Source: Wallemia ichthyophaga EXF-994
Lineage: Eukaryota > Fungi > Basidiomycota
DNA length: 32,000 nt
NCBI RefSeq assembly: GCF_000400465.1
Contig: NW_008806295.1
Coordinates: 1 to 32,000, forward strand
Direction: 5' to 3'
Position numbers and translations under genes: made by a program. Below, in pieces: positions 9,337 to 21,743 of the stretch; within the stretch, counting starts at the first letter, position 1, and each line of letters begins with the position of its first letter. The notes under the pieces are model-generated. The model had not been told where the DNA came from. It saw only the letters and a program-made list of their open reading frames with translations, and searched no databases.

Positions 9337-10115
9337 TTGATAATTTCTCTTTTTCAAAATGAATAAAAATCTCAATTTAGTCTAACAACAAAATTCAATT
9401 TTATGCCTTTAAAAGCGTCTATTCGAACTTTACACACATATAGATACTTACCAACTACTAATCAAAGGAAAGGACCAAATTGAGCCCTCCATATTCACTC
9501 AAACGTTCTAAATATTTACTCATTTCCATCCTTATTGAGGTGAATAAGATAACAGACGTTATTAAATTCCCACAAAATGTGTGTTAGTAATAGTTTTATA
9601 TGCAAATCACCTGGTTTCTGATGGTTTACGGGATTGACTTGATTACTGGAGGAGATTAACTGACTAAAGGTGAAAAATGTCGAGGAACAACGAGCAATTG
9701 GATTGATTATTTTTAAAATCTCCCTAGACAATTTTTGTTCATATTGAATGTCACATTGCCCATATCAACATAATGGCATCATAATTGGTCCGAAAACGGC
9801 TAAGATACTCCGAGTGATTTGAGGGAAAGAGCGTGTATTGCAATGAGGGGCATATCAAACAGATACCACGACCTATGCACCGAATTCCCCTATCCGATTG
9901 ATGTGACTGTGGAGCTATACAAAACCAAGACCGGAAATTGAGACAGAAGTGTATCAACGCCAGAAAACGCCAATCAATGCCATTAAAATGTTAAATTCGA
10001 ATAATTTTGGTAAATTGAATCGAAAAAGTGGTTAGTAGATTCTACTTGAACACCCACCTTACACCAGAACCATCATCATCACTATAACCATTGTGAAGAT
10101 AACCGAGGATAGTTC

Positions 10116-13100
10116 ATGTCAACTTATTCAAATAAATCTAAAACGCTTCCACCCGCGCTGAGTAACGCAGGTAGCGCTCGTGGATCTTATAAGCCACCGC
10201 CTCCACCGAAATCAGTGCGATCGAGTCATTCTAAGAAATCTCATAGCAATAAGCCAGCAACTCAAAGTCATCCACCAAGTAGAATGGATTTACTGAGAGA
10301 GAAGAGCAACGTACACTCAATTGATAATTCGATACCTTCACCGGTGGAGTGAGTTTTGATTTTCTAATTTGGGCGAAATTATTCACTTAAAATCCCAATA
10401 GTGAGGCTAGAATTAACGATATCACTAACTCCGGATATCACCGTCCTCAAGATGAACCTAGCCTCCGCTCTGAGCTGTTGACTGACGTTCCAGAGGAGTA
10501 CGAGCATGGTAATGATACAAAGTTATCTGAATTACGCGCGAGATTGGAAGCCCTGGTTACTCAAGGCACTGGTCCAAACCTCGGTAGCTTTGGCATTGCT
10601 GCCGATCATGATGACATGGGTACCCTTAGAGCTCCATCAGTTGCCCCAAGTGCCGATGCAACTCCTAGAGATGTTCACGGTGGTCCGAAGAGTATCAAGA
10701 ACTACGCTCCTTCACTACACCAATCTCATTATGCTGAAATTATGGAAGAACACTCTCCAGAACAGCCAGAGCATGTTGAGAGACATACTGAGCGTGTTGA
10801 ACATTATCCGGAGCATTCAGAGAGGCATATCGAGCGCGTTGATGATCATCCACAGCATTTTGAGAGGCACGTTGAGCGTTCAGATCATCATCCCGAGTAT
10901 CATGATCAGAATGAGCATTCAAATCACCCTGATCATGTCAGTATACATCATTATCACCATGTCCATGATTCTCCACACGCAGCCACCCATTTACCCTCTC
11001 ACCCACCTTCTTTGATACCTTCAATTGCTCAGACTCGCGCTCCATCACGAATGGACTCGAGTAGGGGCTTTTCAGCAGTGCCTTCGCATCACCATTCACA
11101 CGCTCCTTCACAGCACCACTCACACGCCCCCTCACACCACTCACGCGCACCATCACATTCCTATACACCCTCACACCACCACCACCACTCACACACACCC
11201 TCATCCCATCGTTCACCTTCAAAATCAGACTCACCTTCACATTCACATTCTCATGATCCACACGATCATATCATCCATCACGATCATATCGTCCATGACC
11301 ACGACATACCGCCGCACATGGCACCATACGTGACGCAAGAAGCGGACAGACGCAGGGAGTCGTCGCAACTAGAGAGGGAGTTACTAGAGATCGTTGGTAC
11401 AGCAGAAGAATCTGAAAATGAAATGCGCAAAGTAATTTCAAGACTGCAGCGTAAATTACAAGACACGGAGCAGACGAAAGAGACTGATGTGGCGACTGTG
11501 AAATCGTTGCAGGATGCGTTGCGAGATGCTGAATCCCGCGGTATCGCTCTAACGCAAGCCCGGAAAGACGCTGAAATAGCCGCCGCTAATGAAGCACGAC
11601 GTATTGAAGGATATAGGTATAGAGATGGAGAGAGACATCGGGAGCTATCGCATGCGGGTGACATGATTCGGCAGTTGCAGGTAGATCTCGATGATGCGGA
11701 AGAGGAGGTATTGTTTCTGCGCCAGAAGGCACACAAGGCGGATATAGTAGTAAGTGAGCGACTTTTTTGGGCGATGTTGCTGACGAGCGATACTCAGGAG
11801 GCTGAGCGCCGAGGACGCAATCAGGAGCGGGAGAAGCGACGCAAGGAGAAAGACAAAGAGCGTGAGCGCAAGGCGTTAGCGGCGGCGAATGCGGCAGTGG
11901 TGACGAATCCAAATGGGGCAAGACACCACACTCACACGCCGCGCCATCATCGCACACCCAGCATAGCTACACCATCAACAGCTTCACCATCACCGCGCTT
12001 AGGCACAGACACACACAGCCGCTCGCGCACCAACTCGCTTTATGAGCCACGTCGCCGACCCAGCCAGCGTAATGCGTACCAGCAGGCGCAAGCGCACATG
12101 CGCCACCCTCACCACCCTCACCCTCACCCTCATCATCGTCATAGTCACAGCCAGCCATATAACCCACACCCAACACCGCCAATGACAGGCGCCGGACCGT
12201 ATGGGCCTGCGGGAGGTATCTATGAGAGTCCACCAGGAGGTGAGCTAGCGGAGCAAGCGTCGATACGAGCGCCTTCGACAGTGGCAGATCCGCGATTGGG
12301 ACCATACAGACCACCGCAGCCAGACCGAGTCGAGGACCTGTACAACTACTACGAACCCCCAGGATGGCCGCAAATGGGACGAGCGCCAACGATGACCGAC
12401 CGAGCTAGCGTACAACCTAACGGGAGTCCCGTTGAACCCAACCATACACCACTCAGTGTAGTTAACCAGCCGTCGCACCTGGATGGAGAGGAACACCCTC
12501 TCGCGCCAGGACACAGCGACGGCAATCGTTATCGGCGTGCAAGCGGAGCATACACACAACCCACACATGCGGCCAGCGAGCAGATCAGACGCTCTGCTGA
12601 ACCCTTACATACCCATGCAAATAGAGGAGGAGGAGCAGGACCCCCATATCATCCCGTTGTCGTCGAACCGGGACAAGGCGAAAGAGGAGAAACGGGGATT
12701 CAAGTACAAAATGAAATGGGTGCTGGATCAGCTCTAGGATTGGATATGGAAAGAGGGGGCATTCCTCATCATCATCATCATCACCAGCCTGTACCGGGCG
12801 GTTTGAGCAGAGGTCCTTCTCCTCTGCCGGAAATTAGTCTTGAGCCTCCATCTTTGAAAGGGACGCCTGTGCCGCACGCACCTCACGCCCATCACACCCA
12901 TCACACCCATCACGCACCGACGATGGATCCTACCGGTGTACCTCTTCCTGAATCTGTGTTTGGGGGGTCGACTGGAACGCATCATACGCATGGGACACAT
13001 GGGACGCATCACACTCAACCTGTTCACCACGCACACCATTCACACCACCCTGCTCACCCTCACCCTCACCATACTCACACTCAAATGCCCACACCCACTG

Positions 13101-13369
13101 GACACGCTCGCAATGTGCCACTGCCAGACTCGGTGATAGGGTCGCCTGTCATGTCGGGAGCGACGGCGTACCGAGGAATGGCACCGGTGGAACCGATGGC
13201 ACCGATACACCAAGCTGAACCATCGCGACCACCTTCAATGAGTGGGATGAGTGGGATGCCATTTGGCGGCGGTGGTAGTGGGTTCAGCGGCTATCCGGGA
13301 GAAGTGCACCCACTCAGTCAGGCAGCAGCCGGGATGCACGTCGAGGGTGCACACCCGCCTCCGCTATGA
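10116..13369 (+). CDS. Large His/Pro-rich low-complexity protein with a central coiled coil; function unknown
   Basis: ATG at 10116. Intron 10349-10401 (GTGAGT..CTAAT..TAG) joins in frame to the 963-codon ORF. A probable second in-frame intron lies at 11750-11797. Confidence 0.75.
10769..10897 (+). repeat. Coding 42-bp (14-aa) tandem repeat, about 3 copies
   Basis: EHVERHTERVEHYP / EHSERHIERVDDHP / QHFERHVERSDHHP. Confidence 0.85.
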
Positions 13370-13482
13370 CTAGATCGGGGCAGAGGGCTGTGGAGGGGGA
13401 TTGTAGAGCGGCTCAAGGAGTATTACTAGGGAGCGAATAGAAACTAATACATATAATTCAATTTCATTTTAACAAAGGCAAA

Positions 13483-13892
13483 TCACTTTGGTGTGCGTGG
13501 ACGACCTCCGCTGAGGGTGTTTCCAGACTGTTTCTCGTTCTTGTCGCCAAGCTTGGAAGCAACTGGACTTCCTTGTGGGTTGGCAGCCGTCGTGCCGCTT
13601 GCAAAAGGTTTGCCAGTCTTTGGGTGGGATAAGATGATGTCATACGCTATCCACCACTGCTCACCTCTTGTTCAATGCCCTGGGAAGAGGACACAGGATC
13701 AGGTCTAGAGCCGTCGTAGGCAGCGTCTGAGTGCGCAACTTCGTCTGGGTCGGGGCCACCAGGAGTAGTCTGCTCCTGCACACCGACGCCTTTATCTTGG
13801 GTTTTGGAGAGGGAGGATGGGGAGGTAGAGAGCGTTCTAATGTTTCTAGTGCTGGATGCTGTAATATTCCTAGTGCTGAGCCTTGTAAACAT
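13483..13892 (-). CDS. Small (about 120 aa) protein with a probable mitochondrial presequence; function unknown
   Basis: MFTRLSTRNITASSTRNIRTLSTS is R/S/T-rich with no acidic residues. Intron 13664-13618 (GTGAGC..AAG). Exon 2 reads TGKPFASGTTAANPQGSP...PRTPK*. Confidence 0.7.
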
Positions 13893-14024
13893 GATTGTCC
13901 AATGTAAGGAAGAAGGCTTGGATTTTGAAGGGTAAATTGTATTTCGAGGGGAGTCGAAATAAAGGATTTTCACTGCAAATTACTAGTCTCCTTGTGCACC
14001 TCTCTCCCGCACACTACCACCACC

Positions 14025-14444
14025 ATGTCGTTATCAAATGCTAAGGCAGCCACCCAAGGAATCGCAAAGGTGGCCACAAGCAGTGCCACAGGATCTGCAG
14101 CCAGAATTCTCCGTGGGAATGTCACCAAAGTCGGTAAAATGGATAAAACTGCGACTGTGTGTGTCGATAGGCAGGTGGAGCACAATCTAACCAATAAGGT
14201 GGGAAATAGCTGTACATTCTGCTTCCTCTAACCCTCGCAGCTCCTCACTCGCACTACAAAACTTCTCGTTCACGATCCCACAAACGCAATGCAGCTAGGC
14301 AACTCCGTTATCGTAAAGGCTTGCAGACCACTGAGCAAACGCAAACACTACACTCTAGACTCCATTCTCGATCCATTCAAGCACCAGCAACTCCCTAAAC
14401 CACACCAATTGCGTATTCCAATTCCCACCAAAAAGTGGTCTTAG
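14025..14444 (+). CDS. MRPS17: Mitochondrial ribosomal protein uS17m, 2 exons
   Basis: LRGNVTKVGKMDKTATVCVDR, intron 14199-14240, then TKLLVHDPTNAMQLGNSVIVKACRPLSKRKHY. Confidence 0.9.
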
Positions 14445-14522
14445 ATTTTTTTCCGTAATATTCTTATTATGCTTATATATGCTCATATTAGAAATATCAA
14501 ATGTTTGTCTATATGCTCCTTT

Positions 14523-16463
14523 CTACAACCTCATACTAGCTTCTACATCCACTCGCTTCTTCTCATTTGCACTTTTACTCTGCTGACTCTTACGCTCACC
14601 CGCAAACGCTTCCTTGGTCTCCTTCTTCTCCACCCGCCTACTCTGTTTACCACTTTTTGCTGCTTGTTTCCGTGCTTTCTTCTCTTCTTTTGTCTCATTT
14701 CTATCGCGGGCAATTGTAGTCTTCTTTGGGGTAGCGAGGGTGTCGCTGTGATAACTCTCGCCTTCACTATCACTCTGGCCATGATCACCCTGCTCACCTT
14801 CAACAACCTCCATTGGGAACCCTGTCTGAGGATCAACCACTATCTGCACTTTTTTCACCGGCGCAACGTCTTCCTTCTCAGCGAATGCGACGTGTTTCTC
14901 AGGTGTCTTGTGCTCCACCTTCTTCTGCCTCCTCCTACCCAATAAATCCTGTGAGCGGATTTGCTTAGGGTGGTTTTCAGTGTTGGTGTATGTAGAGAGA
15001 ATAGTCTCTGCATCCATCCTATCTTCTTTGGCATCGACGTCGAATGGCAGTGGGAGTGCGCTGTCATCTTCCTCCTCCTCCCCTTCTGCTATCCTGTGCG
15101 CCGATGTGACACGTTTCGAAGCTGCATCACTGTGCCTTTTCAATTGCTCTCCCCGAGGTGCCAAATCTGCCATGGCCAATCGCATAGTGTTGAGTTTTTC
15201 AAGTGGTGTCTCACCCTCCAACTTTTGCTTTACTTTTCCTCCAATTACCTCGTAATTATCGAGGAAATCGTCGAGGATGGTGTCGAAATCCTCACGAGAT
15301 GTTACATTGAGTTCGCTGGTGGGGTCAAAGTCTTCATCATCATCATCATCATCGTCAGGATTGTCATCATCCTCACTATTATACTCCTCTTCTATCCTAT
15401 CAAACTGCGCATCAAGTGACTGCAAGCCGTCATTGCGGAACATGGAGCTACTTGACATGGAGTATCCACTTGCGTCTGAACCAGCTTTACGTAACTTTCT
15501 CCTAGTCCTCGCTGCACCAATGCCACTTCTTAAACTACCTACTGTATCAGCACCTTCAGATCTATAGTCGCTCATGTCACTCATCTGTGACGGTTCATTG
15601 GTGTCCACTTCACTAGGTAATTCATCGTCATCCGAAGCAGCTCCGTCTTGAGGCTCCTGTTTGCTCGCTAATTTGAACTGTTTGAACCTCTCCATCCAGT
15701 CTGAGGTGTGGAATGGGGTGAGGTCTTCGCCAGCTGCTTTCGCGCGCTCGTACTCCGCTCTCTCGCGCTCTTTGCGCGCTGTAATAGCTGGGTCTTCCTC
15801 CTCATCAGGACCGAAGTCGACAATCTCGTCTGATCCTCTGACACCACCACTGACGAGGCCATCTAGCCATTGCGAGTTGATTGTGTCAGCATCTTGAGTA
15901 TTCCTTGATTCTTGTGCAACATTCAAATCATCCAACTCATCCAACTCATCTGCCCCTGGATCATCTTCCAAGTAAGCATCATCTTCTAATGCTTCAAGGG
16001 TTTGTCTAAGAGCAGGATCCATATCAGGATTAAAACCTTGCAACTCGAGTGGAATAGCAGTCTGGCTTTCATATGCCTTAAGCATAGCCTGCTGATGTTC
16101 TTCTTCCTGCTGTTGTTTCAACATGAAGCCCTTCTTGGCACTCTTTGCATCTTTTGCAGGTGCAGCTATCAACACGCTATCCAACTCATCTCCGTAAGCA
16201 TCCTGTCCGCCTATAGTACGCAGGTGTTGCGTGTAGTCGTACTGTGTATCGTCGTAGTAAATGCCGAAATTGGCTGCATCGCCTGCCTTTCCTTTGTTGT
16301 TCTTGTTGCCGTTATTGCTATTGCTCGCCTGCTCACTACCTTTCTCCACGCGCTTGAGCACACCCTCGTCTCTACTCGGATCTCGCCCTTCATCTCTCTG
16401 GGAACGGTGCACCAACTGGAATTTCTGTGCGCCTGGTTTTTTGAATATCGATACAGGTGCCAT
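14523..16463 (-). CDS. LTV1: Ltv1, 40S ribosome biogenesis factor
   Basis: FQLVHRSQRD, AANFGIYYDDTQYDYTQHLRTIG, GFNPDMDPALRQTLEALEDDAY, SMSSSSMFRN and ETILSTYTNTENHP. Confidence 0.92.
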   Translation of the reverse strand: MAPVSIFKKPGAQKFQLVHRSQRDEGRDPSRDEGVLKRVEKGSEQASNSNNGNKNNKGKAGDAANFGIYYDDTQYDYTQHLRTIGGQDAYGDELDSVLIAAPAKDAKSAKKGFMLKQQQEEEHQQAMLKAYESQTAIPLELQGFNPDMDPALRQTLEALEDDAYLEDDPGADELDELDDLNVAQESRNTQDADTINSQWLDGLVSGGVRGSDEIVDFGPDEEEDPAITARKERERAEYERAKAAGEDLTPFHTSDWMERFKQFKLASKQEPQDGAASDDDELPSEVDTNEPSQMSDMSDYRSEGADTVGSLRSGIGAARTRRKLRKAGSDASGYSMSSSSMFRNDGLQSLDAQFDRIEEEYNSEDDDNPDDDDDDDEDFDPTSELNVTSREDFDTILDDFLDNYEVIGGKVKQKLEGETPLEKLNTMRLAMADLAPRGEQLKRHSDAASKRVTSAHRIAEGEEEEDDSALPLPFDVDAKEDRMDAETILSTYTNTENHPKQIRSQDLLGRRRQKKVEHKTPEKHVAFAEKEDVAPVKKVQIVVDPQTGFPMEVVEGEQGDHGQSDSEGESYHSDTLATPKKTTIARDRNETKEEKKARKQAAKSGKQSRRVEKKETKEAFAGERKSQQSKSANEKKRVDVEASMRL

Positions 16464-16808
16464 AGAGTGAGTGTGATTATCAGATGATGGACGTTCAGGA
16501 CAACTAAATTTTTAAAGAAATCAAGTTAAGTGGAGATGATTGAGAGTGGGCGTGGGTGTGTTTGTGAAGTTCTTGTGTAGTTGGCAATCTCTTGATATCA
16601 GCTGTATTGAGTTGTGTGTGTCTGTGTCGATGGAGAAAAGGTGTTTGTGAATTTGAAAGAAATACTTGAGGATGGGGGAGTGTGTATATCAATAATACTA
16701 TGCCCATCTCTATAAATAAAATAATAAAATATTTACTTTAAATTTATTATGATTTCATTCTCGTTATCAGGTTCGCGCTTCCACTCTCACTCTTAACCAA
16801 CGACGCCG

Positions 16809-19368
16809 ATGACAGCGAATCTGAAGCGAGGAGCGAGTACAGAGAATGATAAGAAGGTGGGTGTTTTGTGGATTTCAGGGCTATTCATTCATCTTCCACA
16901 CAGCCAAAGAAAGCTAAACAGAATATTGGATCAGATTCTGAGTCTGAATTGAGTGACGTGCCTGATGAGCCACAACAACCACCACAAGTAGAACAAGTTA
17001 CTCAAGTCAAACAAGAATCGCCTTCAAATCTCAAACACGCATCAGATGTCACTCCCAAAGTAGAAAATACAAATGGCTTGGAAAATTCAAGTGATTTGGT
17101 TAATCTGAAGGAAATAGAGAATAACAAGGTTAGCAATGATCAAGACTTGAATACTTCGACTGTCTCCCCTAAGAAATCATCCAAATCAAACAAACCATCA
17201 GAAGACAGCGACTTTGATGAAAAACCAAAGGCTAGAAGTTCACGCAGATCAGCCAGCGCCAAGAAGGAGAAGAAGGAAAATGTCACCGATGATGAGAAGA
17301 AAACACCCAAGAAAACACCAAAGAATTCTTCCCAACCACCCAATCAAACACCGAATGGTGACGTTAAAGACGAAGGCGATGACGAGGATGATTACAAGTG
17401 GTGGGCTGAACAAGGCGGTTTCGGTGATGGTACTGAGAGATGGTCTACTCTAGAACACAACGGCGTATTCTTCCCACCTGAATACATACCCCTGCCTAAA
17501 CAAGTCAAAATGAAATATGATGGAAAATTAGTTGAACTGTCAAACGAGGCTGAAGAAGTTGCTGGTTTCTATGCTGCCGTCTTGGGGTCTGATCACGCTG
17601 CTGATGAGACATTCAACAAGAACTTTTTTCAAGACTTTCAGTCGGTTTTGAGGGATCATCCTCCACTCGACGGTACAAAGATTAAAGATTTCGAAAAATG
17701 TGACTTCTCCCCTATCAGAGAACATCTCGACATCGAGAAAGAAAAGAAGAAGGCAATGACTAAAGACGAAAAGAAGCACGCCAAAGAGCAGCGTGATGAG
17801 ATTGAAAACCCTTTTACTCACTGTCTCCTCGACGGTCGTAAAGAGAAAGTCGGTAACTTTCGCATAGAACCTCCTTCTCTGTTTAGAGGTCGCGGTGCTC
17901 ATCCTAAAAAAGGTAAACTCAAGCTACGTATAAGGCCAGAGCAAATCACTATCAATATCGGAAAAGACGCTAAGATACCAGATGCTCCACCAGGCACCAA
18001 TTGGGGTAGTGTCCAGCACGATAACACAGTCACCTGGTTGGCTACCTGGAAGGAAAACATCAACGGTGCTTACAAGTATGTCTACCTCGCTCCAGGTAGT
18101 ACTTTAAAAGGTCAGAGTGATATGAGTAAATTTGAAAAGTCTAGGGAGTTGAAGGTGTGTTTGCGCTGTTTCCATTATTTTGACTTTCTAACATGCACAC
18201 TCAACAGCACTACATCGGCAACGTCCGTGAAAGCTATGAAGCTGATTTACAAAATAAAGTCATGTTTGATAGACAGAGAGCCACAGCGGCATACCTTGTC
18301 GACAGACTTGCTTTGCGTGCTGGTAATGAGAAGGGAGAAGATGAAGCTGATACAGTTGGATGTTGTTCGTTAAGATGCGAGCATGTCATGCTACGACCAC
18401 CTAACCTAGTCACCTTTGATTTCCTGGGTAAAGATAGTGTGAGGTTTTACCAAGAGGACATTAAAGTCGACCCTCAAGTATTTAAGAATCTACGCATATT
18501 TAAAAAGGAGCCGAAAGGACCACAAGATCCAATTTTCGACAGAATTCATACTACAGTACTCAACAACTACTTCCGCGGGTTCATGAAGGGGTTGAGTGCC
18601 AAGGTGTTCCGTACATATAACGCGTCTATCACGTTCCAGGAGGAACTCAAACAGACTCCTAATGAGGGCACCGTGGCTGAGAAGCTGCTGTCATTCAACA
18701 GAGCTAATAGGAACGTGGCCATTCTGTGTAATCACCAGAAAAATGTGTCCAAGAGCCATGATGCAACGATGGATAAGATGGGCGATAGACTCAAGGCATT
18801 AAAATACCAACGCAGGAAGCTGCGTCAGATGCTTGCGCAGGTGGCGGACGATAAAAAGGTTTACAAGGACCACCCTAGTTTCAAAGACGAGGAATCAGAT
18901 CTAGAGGATGAGTGGATGGATGCGCATGAGGAGAACGAGCGTGATAAGGAGGTGGAAAGGCAGAAGAAGAAGTTTGAGAGGGATAATGAGAAGTTGCGCA
19001 ATGAAGATCAGAAGGAGATGAAGCCGGAGGATTTGGGGGAGAGGTTGCAGGAGGTGGAGGAAAAGTGGAAGACAGTCACCAAGGAACGCAGAGCTGGGAA
19101 ACCAGATGTCGGGAAAAAGAATCAGACACAACTCACAACTGCAATGCAAAAGATGGAGGATCGTCTCGAGGCATTCAGAGTAAATGCATCGAACAAGGAT
19201 GAAGTTAAGGATGTTTCGTTGGGAACGAGTAAGATTAACTACATAGATCCACGCATAACTGTGGCATGGTGTAAGGCATATGAGGTGCCTGTTGAGAAGG
19301 TATTTGCAAAGACACTGCTTACTAAGTTTACATGGGCCATGGAGACGAGTCCTGATTGGAAATTTTAA
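16809..19368 (+). CDS. TOP1: DNA topoisomerase I (type IB), 3 exons
   Basis: WSTLEHNGVFFPPEY, GNFRIEPPSLFRGRGAHPK, RAGNEK...DTVGCCSLRCEH and the catalytic SKINYIDPR motif. Introns 16857-16903 and 18155-18207. Confidence 0.97.
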
Positions 19369-19471
19369 AAGCACATGCATGAATAACTCAATATTGATAA
19401 AATTTGTTTATAAAAGTAAATTAAATTTAAATTACGTCATCTTCTCTTTTCGGTCGTAACTACCACGGCCG

Positions 19472-21633
19472 ATGTTTACAAGGAATAATTGGATTAGAGG
19501 GAGCAGGGCTGGAGTAACGGCTGCGAGGCTACCAGCGTATAGACCAGTGAATATTACCACCCGCCTCCAATCATCAACCAAAGCAAACGAGCAGCTGTTC
19601 CATCGATACTTTGTCAAACCAGCCAAATACGCGGCATACGGCTGTGGATCTATAGTATTCGGCATTTCGGCATTTGTTGCTGTGGGTTGCGCTACTCCTC
19701 CTCCACGCCATGTCTCATTAATCGCGTTAGATCATTTTCGCGCACGATGCCATGACCTGTGAGTGGCGTAGGGAGTGTTCAGGTGGCTAGAAACTCACGC
19801 AGCACACAGACGAAGGCTCGTACATCGACAGAGTAAACGCCAACCCAATCTCAATGGCCCCACAGACAGGTGGAAAGAAGAATCTGCCGATAACCCAAAT
19901 TTTCATGGACGATGAGGAGGATCCAGAGGCTCAGGCTATCTCTGAGAAGCCCCACCTCGTTATCATCGGGAATGGATGGGGTGGTATTGGTGTTTTAAAG
20001 GAATTGGAGCACGGGGATTACAAAGTTACAGTGATTAGTCCCGCCAATCACACACTCTTCACTCCACTTCTCCCCTCTGCCGCTGTCGGTACCGTTGAGA
20101 TCAGATCCCTGGTTGAATCTCTGCGTAAACTCGTGGCACGCGTCAGAGGCCATTACATTTCAGGCGCAGCTGCTGATATCGATTTGAGCAACCGTCTAAT
20201 TGAAGTTCACTCTAAGCGTCCAGATGGCTCCGTCGACCAGTTCTACGTCCCTTACGATAAAGTCGTCATAGCTGTCGGTGCCAACACCGCAAGCCACGGC
20301 GTGCCTGGTCTCGAGCACTGCTTCCAACTCAAGACAGTTGGTGATGTTCTGCGAATTAGACGTTCCATCATGCAGAATCTCGAGGCTGCTGCTCTGCCTA
20401 CCACTTCAGACCAGGAACGCAAACGTCTCCTCAGCTTCGTCATCTGCGGTGGTGGTCCGACGGGCATAGAAATGGCTGCGGAGATCTTTGATGTCCTTAA
20501 TGAGGAAGTCGGTAAGTACTTCCCCAAGCTTTTGCGCAAGGAGATTAGCGTCCACGTTATCCAATCGCGCGACCACATTCTCAACACGTTCTCAGAGAAG
20601 ATCTCTGAATATGCCGAGAAGAAATTTGCCAAGGATGAAATTAACGTCGTGCTCAATGCGCGCGTCAGTCGCGTCGAGAAGGACAAGATACTCTACACGC
20701 TCAAGACTGAGAAGGGCGACAAAACCGAGCACGTAATCCCAGCCGGGTTTATGTTGTGGTCAACGGGATTAGGTGGGTGAGAGTATTTCGGTGCGCACTC
20801 TCTGACTTTATTTGTTTCTCGTCGTTCGCAGGCATGAACCCATTCGCTAAGCGCGTCTGTGAGCAGCTCCCTAACCAGTTCCACAGCAAGGCTATCATCG
20901 TTGACTCGCACATGCGCGTTAAAGGCGCGCCTCAGGGCACTGTTTATGCTATAGGTGACAATGCAACCGTCGATAACAACCTCCTCGACGCTCTTCTCGA
21001 CCTCGTCGACGACTGCGATAGAGACCAAGACGGCCGCATCGATTTCGAGGAGTTTGAGATAATGTCACAGAAACTCCGCCACAGGTTCCCGCTGGCCAAG
21101 TCGCACTTGCAGAAGATTAAAAACATATTCCAGCGCTACGACAAAGATAAGGACAACGTGCTCGATTTGAATGAATTAGCCAGTCTATTTTCGGAGATTT
21201 CATCCAAGATCGTTTCCTTGCCTGCCACCGCACAGGTAGCGTCGCAGGAGGGCAAGTATCTCGGCAAGAAGCTATCCAAGCTGGCGTCGGCGAGAGAGAG
21301 ACTTTCTGGCACAGAGATTGTCAACCAGGCTGGAGATTTGGATGACGAGATCGTCTCGGTGCCTTTCAGCTACCGCCATCTTGGCAGCTTGGCCTATATC
21401 GGTAACTCGGCCGTCTTTGACTTTGGTTCACCAGAGCTGTCGTTCGCAGGCGGTCTAATTAGTCTCTATCTCTGGAGATCTATCTATTGGTCGGAGCAGG
21501 TGTCGAATCGTACTCGCGCTCTCGTCATGATCGACTGGATCAAGAGGGGTATATGGGGCAGAGACCTGTCTAAGGTGAGTGGAGTGTGAGGTGTGAGGTA
21601 TCGAGCACATGCTAACTGGTGTTACAGTTTTAA
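19472..21633 (+). CDS. NDE1: Mitochondrial external type II NAD(P)H dehydrogenase with an EF-hand insert, 5 exons
   Basis: IIGNGWGG and ICGGGPTGIEMAAE Rossmann motifs, PATAQVASQEG, and EF-hands DRDQDGRIDFEE and DKDKDNVLDLNE. Exons 19472-19681, 19731-19758, 19810-20772, 20832-21574 and 21628-21633. Confidence 0.9.
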
Positions 21634-21743
21634 AACAGGATCGTAAAAAGGTTCAATGATTTGAAAGATACATTTAATTAGAATTGATAGAAAATTTGCT
21701 GGAAAACTCGCTCTTTATTGCACAACTGCACTACACTAATCAA

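Noticed and set aside
9516-9957. ORFs 9516..9731 and 9751..9957 (-)
   Set aside because: Non-ATG starts, no recognisable motifs and no consistent splice model joining them.
10506-13136. Many overlapping and antisense ORFs inside the His-rich gene, and likewise inside LTV1, TOP1, NDE1, the SIT gene and the R3H gene
   Set aside because: These are expected shadow ORFs of low-complexity or GC-richer coding sequence, and none has protein-family features.
19432-19440. TTACGTCAT (CRE-like) 31 bp upstream of the NDE1 ATG
   Set aside because: A single imperfect 9-mer very close to the start codon; too weak to call without conservation data.
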